Counted from the first letter of the stretch, positions 35,293 through 45,717 are shown. The stretch is DNA of 64,000 nt from Bacteroidota bacterium (GCA_016866335.1 VGMT01000004.1:15294-79293), one strand, 5' to 3'. Notes: generated by a model from the sequence alone, not told the origin. Program-made: numbers and translations.

Positions 35293-36261
35293 ATGGAAGC
35301 AACCCTTGATATTTCTATCGTCGTTCCTCTATATAACGAAGAAGAGTCCCTTCCGGAATTAATGGCTTGGATCGACAGAGTGATGCAAGCCCATGCTTGG
35401 AATTACGAGGTTATTATGATCGATGACGGCTCAAAAGACACGTCCTGGAAAGTCATACAACAGCTCAAATCTTCGTTTCCTTCCTTAAGAGGCTTCTCTT
35501 TTCGACGCAATTACGGCAAATCTGCCGCCCTGAATGTAGGTTTTGAAGCATGCCGAGGTCGGGTGGTCATAACCATGGACGCAGACCTGCAAGACAGCCC
35601 CGATGAAATCCCCGCCCTGTATGCAAAAATTATGGACGAGGGTTTTGATTTGATTTCAGGCTGGAAACGAAAACGCTTTGACCCCCTTTCTAAAACAATT
35701 CCCACTAAGCTTTTTAACTGGGCTACCCGTAAATTAAGCGGCATACACCTGCATGATTTTAACTGTGGCCTAAAAGCCTATCGCTACGATGTGGTAAAAA
35801 GCATCGAGGTCTATGGCGAAATGCACCGCTATATTCCCGTTTTGGCCAAGTGGGCAGGCTTTACCAACATTGGCGAACAAGTGGTTCAACACCAAGCCCG
35901 AAAATACGGAACATCAAAGTTTGGGCTCGAACGCTTCATCAACGGATTCCTAGACCTTTTGTCTATCACTTTTGTTTCTAGATTTTCAAAGAAACCCATG
36001 CACTTTTTCGGCCTTTTAGGCCTGATTATGTTCAAGGTGGGCGGGTTTTTAGCCCTGTGGTTGGTTACTGAAAAATTCTATATCACCTATTTTTTAGATG
36101 AACGGGCCCCTCTGGTTACCCAAAATCCCTTGTTCTACCTGGGCCTACTAAGCATGATTTTGGGCACTCAGTTCTTTTTGGCGGGGTTCATTGCCGAATT
36201 GGTTTCACGGAACGCTCCCGACCGCAACCGTTACCACATCAAAGACCAAACCGATGTCTGA
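35293..36261 (+). CDS. GT2 polyprenol-phosphate glycosyltransferase (DPM1/GtrB/ArnC-like)
   Basis: ISIVVPLYNEEESLPEL..VIMIDDGSKDTS..RNYGKSAALNVGF..VITMDADLQDSPDEIP..WKRKR.DP, followed by two C-terminal TM segments. Confidence 0.9.
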   Translation: MEATLDISIVVPLYNEEESLPELMAWIDRVMQAHAWNYEVIMIDDGSKDTSWKVIQQLKSSFPSLRGFSFRRNYGKSAALNVGFEACRGRVVITMDADLQDSPDEIPALYAKIMDEGFDLISGWKRKRFDPLSKTIPTKLFNWATRKLSGIHLHDFNCGLKAYRYDVVKSIEVYGEMHRYIPVLAKWAGFTNIGEQVVQHQARKYGTSKFGLERFINGFLDLLSITFVSRFSKKPMHFFGLLGLIMFKVGGFLALWLVTEKFYITYFLDERAPLVTQNPLFYLGLLSMILGTQFFLAGFIAELVSRNAPDRNRYHIKDQTDV

Positions 36262-37279
36262 ACACCTGCAGGTGTTTCATGAAGGAAACCGCGAGCACAT
36301 TGAGTTTTCTTTGATTTCTCCAACCTTTCGTCGTCCCGACGAGGTTGCAGAATTCTTAGACTCCCTTCAAAGCCAAACCTATCCCCACTTCGAGGTGATC
36401 TTGGCCGATGGAACACCTCAGATTTCCTTGGCCGATATCGCCCGTAACCACCGTGGCAACCTGGATTTAACCTTTTTATACGAATCTGGCCTTCCTGTCT
36501 CGGCCGCCCGCAACGCTGCCGCGGCTGTCGCTCGCGGGCGTTATTTTATTTTCCTGGATTCCGACTGCTTAATTCCCCCCGACTACCTTAGCATCGTCTC
36601 CGAGCACCTGCTCCGCGCAGACCTGAATTTGTTCGGCGGCCCCGACGCTGCTCATCCTTCTTTCAGTCCCGTACAACGCGCCATTTCATACTCCATGACC
36701 GGCTTGTTTACCACGGGCGGTATTCGAGGCAAAAAGACCCGCGTGGGCGTGTTTCATCCCAGGGGGTTCAACATGGGGGTTCAACGGGATTGGTTTCAAT
36801 CCGTGGGCGGGTATTCCACTCTTAAATGCGGCGAAGACATTGAGCTCAGCATGCGGCTCATCGCCGCGGGGGCTAAGTCGGCCCTGATTCCCAAAGCCAA
36901 GGTTTTCCACAAGCGCCGGACCGATTTCAACGCCTTTTACCGTCAAGTTTACCGCTTTGGCGCTGCCCGAATACACTTGCACCTTGCCCACAAAGGTCAG
37001 TTAAAGGCTACCCACGTTTTTCCCGCTGCATTTTTGCTTTTCCATTTGGCGCTTATTCCCGCCCTTTTATTACCTAAAATGCTGTTAATAATGCTGCTCA
37101 TCAGCGGAATTTATTCCCTGCTGATTCTGTTCCATGCAAGCATTCAGGAACGCAGCCTGTTTGTTGGTTTGCTCTCGGTCCGCGCCGCATACACACAATT
37201 GATGGGCTATGGGGCTGGCTTTTTACACAATGCCTGGGAGGTGTACGGCCGCAATAGGCCTGAGGGACTCGATTTGTGA
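36254..37279 (+). CDS. GT2 glycosyltransferase with C-terminal TM segments
   Basis: FSLISPTFRRPDEVAEFLDSLQSQTY..FEVILADG..ARNAAAAVARGRYFIFLDSDC... The ATG at 36254 overlaps the stop of the previous GT2 gene by 8 nt. Confidence 0.85.
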   Translation: MSEHLQVFHEGNREHIEFSLISPTFRRPDEVAEFLDSLQSQTYPHFEVILADGTPQISLADIARNHRGNLDLTFLYESGLPVSAARNAAAAVARGRYFIFLDSDCLIPPDYLSIVSEHLLRADLNLFGGPDAAHPSFSPVQRAISYSMTGLFTTGGIRGKKTRVGVFHPRGFNMGVQRDWFQSVGGYSTLKCGEDIELSMRLIAAGAKSALIPKAKVFHKRRTDFNAFYRQVYRFGAARIHLHLAHKGQLKATHVFPAAFLLFHLALIPALLLPKMLLIMLLISGIYSLLILFHASIQERSLFVGLLSVRAAYTQLMGYGAGFLHNAWEVYGRNRPEGLDL

Positions 37280-37436
37280 TTTTTTTGGGGGCCATTTCCG
37301 GCTTTCCGCTGCAAGTCCACAGCCGGTCCGGCTGCCGTACAGCGGGCTGCGGTGGCTTCGTTCCTCAGCCTCCTCGCCACGCGTACGGCTGCCGCCCCAA
37401 CTGCGTCCTTTCCACTGCAATCCGGGGCCCGGGCCA
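37280..37436 (+). repeat. GC-rich intergenic repeat, family B, copy B1
   Basis: TTTTTTTGGGGGCCATTTCCGGCTTT at the 5' end and CTGCAATCCGGGGCCCGGGCCA at the 3' end match 52882-53036. Starts immediately after the GT2 stop codon. Confidence 0.85.
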
Positions 37437-37458
37437 CTCACAATTAGAAATGCCTCAA

Positions 37459-38550
37459 TTAAAAATTCCCCCAAATGCTTCCTCGGCTACCCGATTCCGA
37501 AGCTCCCGTTACTTCTTTCCACACATTTTCCCGACCCAATACCCGCAACAGGCCCAAAAAACCAAAAATCAAGGCCTCTTTAAACTCAATTTCCTGAGAA
37601 CTTCCCACCTCCAACCTGCAATCCGTTTTCGCCCGAATCGATTCCACCAACCCCGTATTGTAACTCCCGCCACCGCTAAGCAAACAGCTGCTTATTTTGT
37701 TTTTATTTATGGCATCTGAAATGCCCATCGCCATCCATTCTCTGCAGGTTGCCAACGCATCAAAAATGGATTCGTTCTCTGAATTAAGTAGGGGAATCGC
37801 TTCTCTTTCTAAATCCTCACGGCCAAAACTCCGAGGAAAATTCCTCTGCATCATAGGTAGTTCGTGCAATTTGGTTAATAAAGTAGGTTGAACCTTTCCT
37901 TTCAATCCAAGTTCGCCTCCAGCATCGTAATCCAAACCCAATGGACTTACCAGGTGCGAAAACACCAAATTCACAGGCACTATATCTCCCGCCCGCCTTT
38001 CATTGTTCTCGGCTTTCCAACTTAAATTGGAGAACCCACCCAAATTTAAACATCCATCGTATTTTGAGAACAAAAGGGCATCACCCACCGGCACCAATGG
38101 CGCCCCTTGTCCCCCCAATGCCACGTCTTCCGATCTAAAATCATTCACCACCAAGCAACCCGCTTCCGCATGTATTGCTCCCCCATGTCCAATTTGCAAG
38201 GTGAATCGAAGATCTGGCCTATGAAAAACCGTATGCCCATGGCTGGAAATTAAATCTACGTTCCGGCCTGCTAAAAACGCGTTGGATGTTCTGCCCAAAT
38301 AATGTCCATAATCTCGGTCAAGCCGACACAATTCTGTTCCCGATAGAGCAAAGGAATTCTTTAGTTTTAATAGCCATTCATTTGAATACGATTCGGTTCG
38401 CGCATCTTCAATACGGTAACGCCACCCTCCGTCTTCTTCCCAGAATTCAGATAAGCATAAATCCAAACCGTCGAGCGAGGTGCCCGACATCAATCCCAAA
38501 ACCCGATAGGGGCCCGACTCTGATTTACCCCTGTAGTACACTGCGGCCAA
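37459..38550 (-). CDS. anmK: Anhydro-N-acetylmuramic acid kinase
   Basis: YRVLGLMSGTSLDGLDL.., ..GGQGAPLVP.., ..LLSGGGSYN... Confidence 0.9.
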   Translation of the reverse strand: MAAVYYRGKSESGPYRVLGLMSGTSLDGLDLCLSEFWEEDGGWRYRIEDARTESYSNEWLLKLKNSFALSGTELCRLDRDYGHYLGRTSNAFLAGRNVDLISSHGHTVFHRPDLRFTLQIGHGGAIHAEAGCLVVNDFRSEDVALGGQGAPLVPVGDALLFSKYDGCLNLGGFSNLSWKAENNERRAGDIVPVNLVFSHLVSPLGLDYDAGGELGLKGKVQPTLLTKLHELPMMQRNFPRSFGREDLEREAIPLLNSENESIFDALATCREWMAMGISDAINKNKISSCLLSGGGSYNTGLVESIRAKTDCRLEVGSSQEIEFKEALIFGFLGLLRVLGRENVWKEVTGASESGSRGSIWGNF

Positions 38551-39667
38551 TCACGATGCGCTGAACCTCGCTGGTGCCTTCGTAAATCTGGGTAATTTTG
38601 GCATCGCGCATCAAACGCTCTACGTGGTATTCTTTTACATACCCATACCCACCGTGAATTTGAACGGCCTCGGTTGCAGCCCACATCGCCGTTTCACTGG
38701 CAAACAATTTGGCCATAGAACTGGCCTGGTCGTAGTTCATTCCCTGGTCTTTCATCCAAGCAGCTTTGTAAACCAGCATTCGAGCGGCCTCAATGCGCGT
38801 TGCCATATCTGCCAGTTTAAAGGCAATAGCCTGGTGGTTGGCAATGGGTTTACCAAATGCCTGTCGTTGCTTGGCATATTCTTTTGAAAACTCATAAGCA
38901 CCCGCGGCAATACCTAAGGCCTGAGCCGCAATTCCAATGCGTCCGCCGCTCAGTGTTTTCATGGCAAACTTAAATCCAAAGCCATCTTCTCCAATGCGGT
39001 TTTCTTTCGGAACCTTTACGTCGGTAAACTGCAAGGTACAGGTATCGCTACCCCGAATCCCCATTTTATTTTCTTTGGCCCCTTTTTCAAACCCGGGCAT
39101 TCCACTTTCTACAATCAAACAATTAATGCCTTTGTGCCCTTTCTCTACATCGGTTTGAGCCATCACCAAGTAATAGGTCGCATTTATTCCATTGGTAATC
39201 CAGTTTTTTGTTCCATTTAACAAATAGTAATCACCCATATCAACGGCGGTTGTCCGCTGCGAGGTGGCATCGGAACCCGCCTCTGGTTCCGACAAGCAAA
39301 AAGCCCCTATGCATTCACCCGAGGCCATAGGTTTTAGGTATTTTTCTTTTTGGTATTCGCTGCCGTACGAATCCAATCCATAACATACCAATGAATTGTT
39401 CACCGATACCACCACCGAAGCCGATGCATCAAGCTTAGACAATTCTTCCATTACCAGCACGTACGATAGGGTATCCATCCCCGCTCCGCCCCACTTTTCT
39501 GGTACCATCATCCCCATGAAACCAAGCTCTCCTAGTTTTTTAATTTGTTCCCTCGGAAATTCCTGCTTGTCGTCTCGCTCTATCACCCCAGGCAACAATT
39601 CTTCACGGGCAAAATCACGGGCTGCCTGCCTTATCATTTCATGTTCTTCGGTCAATTGGAAATGCAT
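38525..39667 (-). CDS. Acyl-CoA dehydrogenase (short/medium-chain type)
   Basis: MHFQLTEEHEMIRQAARDFAREEL.., ..CLSEPEAGSDA.., ..KNWITNG.., ..IAAQALGIA.., ..IYEGTSEVQRIVIGR. The ATG at 39667 is preferred over the ORF-track start at 39778. Confidence 0.92.
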   Translation of the reverse strand: MHFQLTEEHEMIRQAARDFAREELLPGVIERDDKQEFPREQIKKLGELGFMGMMVPEKWGGAGMDTLSYVLVMEELSKLDASASVVVSVNNSLVCYGLDSYGSEYQKEKYLKPMASGECIGAFCLSEPEAGSDATSQRTTAVDMGDYYLLNGTKNWITNGINATYYLVMAQTDVEKGHKGINCLIVESGMPGFEKGAKENKMGIRGSDTCTLQFTDVKVPKENRIGEDGFGFKFAMKTLSGGRIGIAAQALGIAAGAYEFSKEYAKQRQAFGKPIANHQAIAFKLADMATRIEAARMLVYKAAWMKDQGMNYDQASSMAKLFASETAMWAATEAVQIHGGYGYVKEYHVERLMRDAKITQIYEGTSEVQRIVIGRSVLQG

Positions 39668-39728
39668 GCTGCTTTTGGTTTTGTATTTGATGCAAAGATA
39701 ACCTTCCCAATCGAAATTTTGTTGATTT

Positions 39729-40517
39729 TCACTGCGATGATTTTGCGCTTTTTGCTGTCCTGAATCCCACGTGGCCATAAGGTACCCCTTGGGGAATGCA
39801 AATGGGCGACTCTATTAAATACCCCCGGCACCAGTTTGGTGCGCATAAATAGGACCCTCCCACAGCTAAATGGCCGTCCATGCAATGGTCTGTTGTCGCC
39901 TCCCAAGCATTTCCTATTAGGTCGAAGGTCCCGTTTATTGACTCAAACGTTCCAACCGGCGACAACCTATATGTAAATCCATCTTCCCCTAAATCTCGAA
40001 TTGGAAATAACCCCTGCCATGTGTTGCCATGCGGAATTTGTTTTTCGCTTTGACTTCTGTTTTTTTCTGCGGCTACCCTCCACTCCCTTACGCAAGGCAA
40101 CCGTTCTCCTGCCCAACGGGCATAGGCTTTCATGTCCTCAAGGCACAAATGAACTACAGGGAGTTCCCCCCAATTTGCCGGTTGCAACCCCTTCTTCTCA
40201 GGATGCCGCCACGACAATCCCGATTCAAAACAAAACCGGCCACTATCAGGGTTGAATCTAAAACTGCCCCGTCCAAGGCTGTCCAATCCCAATTCTGCGC
40301 AGGTCGTATACCCCGTAGCCTGAACAAATTTCAAATAATCGGCATTGCTCACCTCGGTCTTTTTTAGATAAAAATCTGGAATGGAATCGTTCCCATTAAA
40401 GGGGACAAAGTCCCCAAAACCTTCATTCCTTTGCATGCAGGCCAACCCGCAAAGGCCAACCATAATGCAGATTCTATACCCTGAAATAATAAACTTTGCC
40501 ATTGAATTCAATGCCAT
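39729..40517 (-). CDS. Formylglycine-generating enzyme family protein (SUMF1/FGE-sulfatase domain)
   Basis: ..KKTEVSNADYLKFVQATGY..WRHPEKKG..LPVVHLCLEDMKAYARWAGERLPCVREWRVAA..GNAWEAT..GGSYLCAPNWCRGY. The start is uncertain (ATG at 40517 or 40502) and the 5' end overlaps the sulfatase stop. Confidence 0.85.
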   Translation of the reverse strand: MALNSMAKFIISGYRICIMVGLCGLACMQRNEGFGDFVPFNGNDSIPDFYLKKTEVSNADYLKFVQATGYTTCAELGLDSLGRGSFRFNPDSGRFCFESGLSWRHPEKKGLQPANWGELPVVHLCLEDMKAYARWAGERLPCVREWRVAAEKNRSQSEKQIPHGNTWQGLFPIRDLGEDGFTYRLSPVGTFESINGTFDLIGNAWEATTDHCMDGHLAVGGSYLCAPNWCRGYLIESPICIPQGVPYGHVGFRTAKSAKSSQ

Positions 40518-42069
40518 GATCCATAATTCCTGGCCATAAGGCAGGAGGCAAACTTTCCAACCAGGAGTCTAAATCGTTCATCAATGCTTCAACAGTGGCA
40601 GGCTGCTTCCCCGCCAAGTTGTGCTGCTCCTCTGGGTCGGCCAACAGATCAAAAAGTTCAACTGTATGGTTCAGGTCATTGATTACCAATTTGTATCTGG
40701 AATTCCTCAAGGCTCGGTTTGGTCCCGATTTCCACCGAAAATCAGCATGCGGAGCTTTTTCTACGGAATCTAAATAGGGCAGAAGGTTTACCCCATCAAA
40801 AGTGCGGTCGGCAGGCAAAGGTATTCCTGCCGCTGCCATTGAGGTGACCATTACGTCGGTAAGCGAGGTTGGATAGGGAAAAGCAACAGGTTTTAACCTT
40901 CCTTTCCACTGCAGCATAAAGGGTACATTTACTCCCCCCTCATAATGCGTCAACTTTCCCCCTCGGTACGGAGCATTGTTGCCCGCCCTTGCATAAAGAG
41001 CAGCTCCGTTATCGCTGGCAAACCATATAAGCGTATTTTCAAGCAACCCCTCTTTTTCTAAAGTTTGGGTTATTTGGCCAACCGCATCGTCTAAGGCTAA
41101 AATCATGGCTTTATATACCCTGCGCACATGATTTGATTCCCCCTTTACTTTATCATAGTATTCTTGTGGCGCCTGAAACGGGGTGTGTGGAGCATTAAAG
41201 GGCAAATAGAGAAAAAAGGGCTTGCTTTTGTTGGCTGTTATGTACCGGCATGCCCTATCCGCAATGGCAAAAGTTAGGTACCTTTTTTCCTGTACTGGCT
41301 TGCCATTTTGAAGCAGGGCACATGTGCCATTGCGCCCCTTTTTCCAAATGTGTTTGTCTGAAAACTCTCCGGTTGGCGCATTGACAATTCCTGGGGCACT
41401 GGAATCGGAAAAAAGTGAAAAGGCCTCATAAAACCCAAAAAATTCTTGAAATCCCCGTTCGTTGGGCCGCAATCCCTCTCCATGCCCAAGATGCCATTTT
41501 CCAAAAATTGCCGTTGAATACCCCGCCGCAGCCAAGGCCTCAGCAAGGGTGATTTCGGTTTTGGGTAAGCCCTGCCTTCCCATAGATTCCTCATCAGGGA
41601 ATTCAAATTGAGCCGCCACCCGCCAATTGTCGGTTGGAACAATGTAGCGAAATGCCAAGTATTCCAATCTGTTTAATGGATATCTGGCTTGGGGCTGAAA
41701 CTCCATACCAAATCGGTTGTTTGACCTCCCTGTGAGCATAGCCGCTCGACTGGGCGCACAAATCGGAGAAGCCGTGTAACCATCTGCAAAGCATACACCC
41801 TCTTTTCCTATTCTATCTATGTTTGGAGTTTCTGCTGCAACCCCACCATACAAACTGATATCAAATTTCCCCAAGTCATCCGCAACAATCAAGACAATAT
41901 TTGGGGTTTTGCCACGACCCGTCTTTATGCTCTGTAAATACGCTTCCTTCTTTTTTAGTTCGGCCGCCGATGGCTCTGGTAAATTCCAAGCTTTAGTTTT
42001 AAGGGGCCAAAAACCAAGCCCCAAAAGAAACACCAAAGCCAAACCTAGCCCGAACCAAAATCGTTTCAT
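40474..42069 (-). CDS. Cys-type arylsulfatase
   Basis: Signal peptide. PNIVLIVADDLGKFDISLYGG. SPICAPSRAAMLTGR (the CxPxR formylglycine motif). GKWHLG. NAPHTPF. Confidence 0.93.
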   Translation of the reverse strand: MKRFWFGLGLALVFLLGLGFWPLKTKAWNLPEPSAAELKKKEAYLQSIKTGRGKTPNIVLIVADDLGKFDISLYGGVAAETPNIDRIGKEGVCFADGYTASPICAPSRAAMLTGRSNNRFGMEFQPQARYPLNRLEYLAFRYIVPTDNWRVAAQFEFPDEESMGRQGLPKTEITLAEALAAAGYSTAIFGKWHLGHGEGLRPNERGFQEFFGFYEAFSLFSDSSAPGIVNAPTGEFSDKHIWKKGRNGTCALLQNGKPVQEKRYLTFAIADRACRYITANKSKPFFLYLPFNAPHTPFQAPQEYYDKVKGESNHVRRVYKAMILALDDAVGQITQTLEKEGLLENTLIWFASDNGAALYARAGNNAPYRGGKLTHYEGGVNVPFMLQWKGRLKPVAFPYPTSLTDVMVTSMAAAGIPLPADRTFDGVNLLPYLDSVEKAPHADFRWKSGPNRALRNSRYKLVINDLNHTVELFDLLADPEEQHNLAGKQPATVEALMNDLDSWLESLPPALWPGIMDHGIEFNGKVYYFRV

Positions 42070-42100
42070 GCCCTAAATATAGGACCTTTTGCACTTAACT

Positions 42101-42436
42101 TTAAATTCCTTCTGCCCCTGTTGGGGGAATCAGGTCGCCCTTCTCGCTGCCCGAAATAAACTGATTTAAATAGTTTTTCATCCAATCGGCAATAAGCAGT
42201 GTGCGAATTTTGCCGGATTCAATAAAGGCATTCAAGTCCGTTTCTTCGGAAAATGTTATTTGATTGCCAACGTAAATTCTATGCCTGTCAATTGGAGCCT
42301 GGATGTTTTTTAGTTCTGTGGCTATTTGCTGACTGGTATCATAGTTGGCGGTAAAAAAAAGGGTGTTTCCTTCCACCCGCATATTAAAGTAATCGGCCAA
42401 CTGTTCTACGCTTGGATTAAATGTTTTTTTTGACAT
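42101..42436 (-). CDS. Hypothetical protein (111 aa), first ORF downstream of RNA copy 2
   Basis: Clean ORF 31 nt upstream of the sulfatase start on the same strand. No family recognised. Confidence 0.5.
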   Translation of the reverse strand: MSKKTFNPSVEQLADYFNMRVEGNTLFFTANYDTSQQIATELKNIQAPIDRHRIYVGNQITFSEETDLNAFIESGKIRTLLIADWMKNYLNQFISGSEKGDLIPPTGAEGI

Positions 42437-42639
42437 AAAACGAAAATTTAGATGAATTTAAGGGTTTGCAATTGGAGGATAGAGGCTCAAGAATCAGGCC
42501 AAAATTGAATTGGAAAATCATTCGTAGAATGGCTGGCTGGTGTTGTTCCATTGAGGGGTGAAATTCGCGAAACGCCAAACGCAAGAGTTCCCTTGAAGCG
42601 TTAACCTTTTAGGAAACGAACCAAAAACCAATACACCTA

Positions 42640-43006
42640 CCACCCAACCTAAAAGGCCGGTGGTCCTTCCTCACACAAATCCTCGTTGTCCCTCTAAAAA
42701 CTTGGTTTCATTAATGTCGTTTGATGCGCTTACTTCCTTCTGTTCCCGCATCAGTCTCTTTTAATTCAACCCTACATGTTAAGGGTGACCTGCCACTTCA
42801 CCCGTCTCATACCCAAAATTCCCGCCTTCTACTTCAATAAAGTTGCCTCTATCAATTTAGAAAGCATTTCTGAGACCCCCTGTGAACCATTGGTCCGCTT
42901 TTCAGCTTTCCTTTAATCCACAATCTCACTTCACTCCTAAAAGAACCCTAAGTGTTCTTCGCCACCCCAAATACGTGACGAAGCATCAAAACGTTTCACT
43001 AGTGAA
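42640..43006 (-). ncRNA. Unassigned structured RNA, copy 2 (conserved core 42714-43006; 3' boundary uncertain)
   Basis: The reverse complement carries the same ordered blocks as copy 1: TTCACTnGTGAAACGTT..GCTTCGTCACGTAT.GGGGTGGCGA.GAACACTT.GGGT; GGGG.GTCTCAGAAATGC.TTC; GAAGGCGGGAAT.T.GGGTATGAGAC.GG; AAACGACAT. Expanded variable hairpins lie between the blocks. Confidence 0.55.
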
Positions 43007-43009
43007 TTT

Positions 43010-43040
43010 CAAAATTACGAACTGGGGTTTCAAGTGTCAA
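43010..43040 (-). promoter_or_regulatory. Promoter of the unassigned RNA, copy 2
   Basis: On the minus strand: TTGACA (43040-43035), with the TTG followed by 20 nt and then TAATTTTG (43017-43010), a perfect TAnnTTTG. The geometry is the same as copy 1. Confidence 0.65.
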
Positions 43041-43221
43041 GTAAAATTCATGTTTTTTAACACATTTTTTACCCAAAAACAATTTCTACAGCTGCCTACA
43101 TTGCAATAACCCCTCTGGTTTCTCATTCAATTACCGACCTTATCTTCCCCAACCCTTACGGCTATGCCCATCCTGTAAATTTGCGAAGACAAAGTGCTAT
43201 CTTTGAGGCCAAATTGAAGCC

Positions 43222-44496
43222 ATGAAACGAGACGATTTGTTGTTTGATTTAGTTAGGCAAGAAGACCGCAGGCAGAGGGAAGGAATTGAATTGATTGCCT
43301 CTGAAAATTATGTTTCTCCACAGGTTATGGAAGCCGTAGGTTCTTGCCTTACCAATAAATATGCAGAAGGCTTGCCAGGGAAAAGGTATTACGGCGGATG
43401 CGAGGTGGTCGATCAAGTTGAAAATTTGGCCATAGAGCGGCTGTGTGCTTTGTTCGGAGCGGAATGGGCCAACGTTCAGCCCCACTCGGGTGCTCAGGCA
43501 AACGCAGCCGTTATGCTAGCATGTTTGCAACCCGGCGATTCTATTTTGGGCTTTGATTTAGCCCATGGAGGACACCTTACCCATGGCTCTCCAGTTAACT
43601 TTTCAGGAAAATTGTATTCCCCCTCGTTTTATGGAGTTGAGCCAGAAACTGGCACCATAGATTACGATAAAGTGCGGGCAAAGGCAGTAGAGTGCCGCCC
43701 TAAATTGCTTATATGCGGTGCATCTAGTTACAGCCGAGACTGGGATTACGTTAGGTTGCGGGCAATCGCCGATGAGGTAGGGGCTTTGTTGTTAGCCGAC
43801 ATTTCGCATCCTTCAGGGTTAATTGCTACAGGATTGCTCAACAACCCGTTGCCGCATTGCCACATTGTAACTTCAACTACCCATAAAACATTGAGAGGCC
43901 CCCGAGGTGGAATTATTATGATGGGCACTGATTTTGATAACCCTTGGGGGTTAACCACACCGAAAGGCGAACCTAAGCGTATGTCGGCCGTGCTTGATGG
44001 TGCTGTATTTCCAGGGACTCAAGGAGGCCCCCTAGAACATGTAATTGCAGGAAAAGCGGTTGCCTTTTTTGAAGATTTACAGCCTGAATACGCCGCATAT
44101 ACCCGGCAGGTAAGAGCCAACGCTCAGGCAATGGCTGCGGCATTAAACGATTTTGGTTACCAGCTCATTTCTGGAGGCACCGACAACCATTTGATGTTGA
44201 TCGATTTGCGCAACAAGGGCTTAAATGGCAAATTGGCTGAACAAACCTTCGGAAAAGCGGGTATTACAGTTAATAAAAATATGGTGCCTTTTGACGACAA
44301 AAGCCCATTTGTTACCTCTGGTATTCGTTTGGGTACACCGGCTTTAACAACGCGTGGCTTAATCGAGGCCGATATGGTTCGGGTGGTAGGATACATCAAC
44401 GACGCCTTGAATCACCATTCCGATGATTCTTTTTTAAAGGCGATTGAACACGAAATTGCAGGGTGGATGAAAGACAAGCCTGTCTTTTTTGCTTAA
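43222..44496 (+). CDS. glyA: Serine hydroxymethyltransferase
   Basis: ..[35 protein letters not shown].., ..[14 protein letters not shown]... Confidence 0.97.
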   Translation: MKRDDLLFDLVRQEDRRQREGIELIASENYVSPQVMEAVGSCLTNKYAEGLPGKRYYGGCEVVDQVENLAIERLCALFGAEWANVQPHSGAQANAAVMLACLQPGDSILGFDLAHGGHLTHGSPVNFSGKLYSPSFYGVEPETGTIDYDKVRAKAVECRPKLLICGASSYSRDWDYVRLRAIADEVGALLLADISHPSGLIATGLLNNPLPHCHIVTSTTHKTLRGPRGGIIMMGTDFDNPWGLTTPKGEPKRMSAVLDGAVFPGTQGGPLEHVIAGKAVAFFEDLQPEYAAYTRQVRANAQAMAAALNDFGYQLISGGTDNHLMLIDLRNKGLNGKLAEQTFGKAGITVNKNMVPFDDKSPFVTSGIRLGTPALTTRGLIEADMVRVVGYINDALNHHSDDSFLKAIEHEIAGWMKDKPVFFA

Positions 44497-44512
44497 TTAT
44501 TTTTAAAAGAAA

Positions 44513-45694
44513 ATGGCCGATTTGAAATCCCTAAATTTGGTTGGAAAACGCGTTTTGATTCGCGTTGATTTTAATGTGCCCATTGAAAACGGCAATATCA
44601 CCGACAACACCCGAATTCGGGCTGCTATTCCTACCATTCACTATGTTTTAGAACAAGGGGCTAAAGCGGTTTTGGTATCGCATTTAGGCCGCCCCAAATC
44701 GGGGGCCTCGGCAGAATTGAGCTTGGTCCAACTGGTTCGGGGCATCGAGGCCGCCTTGAATTTGCCCCTTGTTTTTTTGGGCGATGCATTGGACCCTGAA
44801 GCCTTGGCCAAATGGAATGAGATGCCTCAGGGAAGCGTCGGGCTTTTAGAAAATCTTAGGTTTCACCCAGAAGAAGAGGCTGGAGATGAAGGTTTTGCCC
44901 AGAGATTGGCCGCCTTTGCAGATGTCTATGTGAACGACGCTTTTGGTACTGCCCATAGGGCACATGCCTCAACCGCAATTGTAGCAAATTTTGTGGCCGA
45001 TAAAGCCGCAGGCTTTTTGATGCAGCAAGAACTTGATGCCGTTGCTAAGGTTTTGAATCAAGCTCATAGACCTTTTACCGCCGTTGTAGGCGGAGCCAAA
45101 ATCAGCAGCAAAATTGGCATTCTGAAGAATTTGATTGGAAGAGCCGATCGGTTTATTGTTGGCGGTGGAATGGTATTCACCTTTATCAAAGCCCAAGGAG
45201 GAGAAATTGGGCAAAGCCTGGTGGAAGAAAGCATGGTGGAGATAGCTCAAGATTTTCTGGCAACCTGTGCTCAAAAAGGCATTCAGGTGTATTTGCCTGA
45301 AGACAGCCTTTGCTCAACCCGTTTCGGAGACGATGGTGCCGTGGCCGTTTATCCCTCTAATTCGATCCCCCCAACCCATATGGGCTTAGATGCGGGGCCC
45401 AATGCCATCGCAACCATTGAAAACTGTATAGCAAGTTCTAAAACCATTTTGTGGAATGGACCATTGGGCGTTTTTGAAATCCCTGTTTTCGCTCAAGGTA
45501 CCCTCGCTTTGGGAAGAGCTATTGCAGGCGCAACACGTCAAGGGGCATATTCTTTGGTTGGGGGCGGCGATAGCGTGGCTGCCGCTAATTCGCTAGGAAT
45601 CGCTGAACAACTTTCGTATGTGAGTACGGGTGGGGGAGCTTTGCTTGAATGCATGGAGGGCCGCATGCTTCCAGGTGTGGCGGCCTTAGTCTAA
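44513..45694 (+). CDS. pgk: Phosphoglycerate kinase
   Basis: ..KRVLIRVDFNVP..ITDNTRI.., ..SHLGRPK.., ..NDAFGTAHRAHAST.., ..STGGGALLE... Confidence 0.97.
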   Translation: MADLKSLNLVGKRVLIRVDFNVPIENGNITDNTRIRAAIPTIHYVLEQGAKAVLVSHLGRPKSGASAELSLVQLVRGIEAALNLPLVFLGDALDPEALAKWNEMPQGSVGLLENLRFHPEEEAGDEGFAQRLAAFADVYVNDAFGTAHRAHASTAIVANFVADKAAGFLMQQELDAVAKVLNQAHRPFTAVVGGAKISSKIGILKNLIGRADRFIVGGGMVFTFIKAQGGEIGQSLVEESMVEIAQDFLATCAQKGIQVYLPEDSLCSTRFGDDGAVAVYPSNSIPPTHMGLDAGPNAIATIENCIASSKTILWNGPLGVFEIPVFAQGTLALGRAIAGATRQGAYSLVGGGDSVAAANSLGIAEQLSYVSTGGGALLECMEGRMLPGVAALV

Positions 45695-45717
45695 AATAGT
45701 TTTCAGAGCTGCAAAAA

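Noticed and set aside
37209-37719. ORFs 37209-37583 (+), 37276-37719 (+), 37207-37437 (-) and 37223-37474 (-) across repeat B1.
   Set aside because: They overlap the GC-rich repeat and the antisense strand of anmK. They are compositional artefacts of GC-rich DNA with no motifs.
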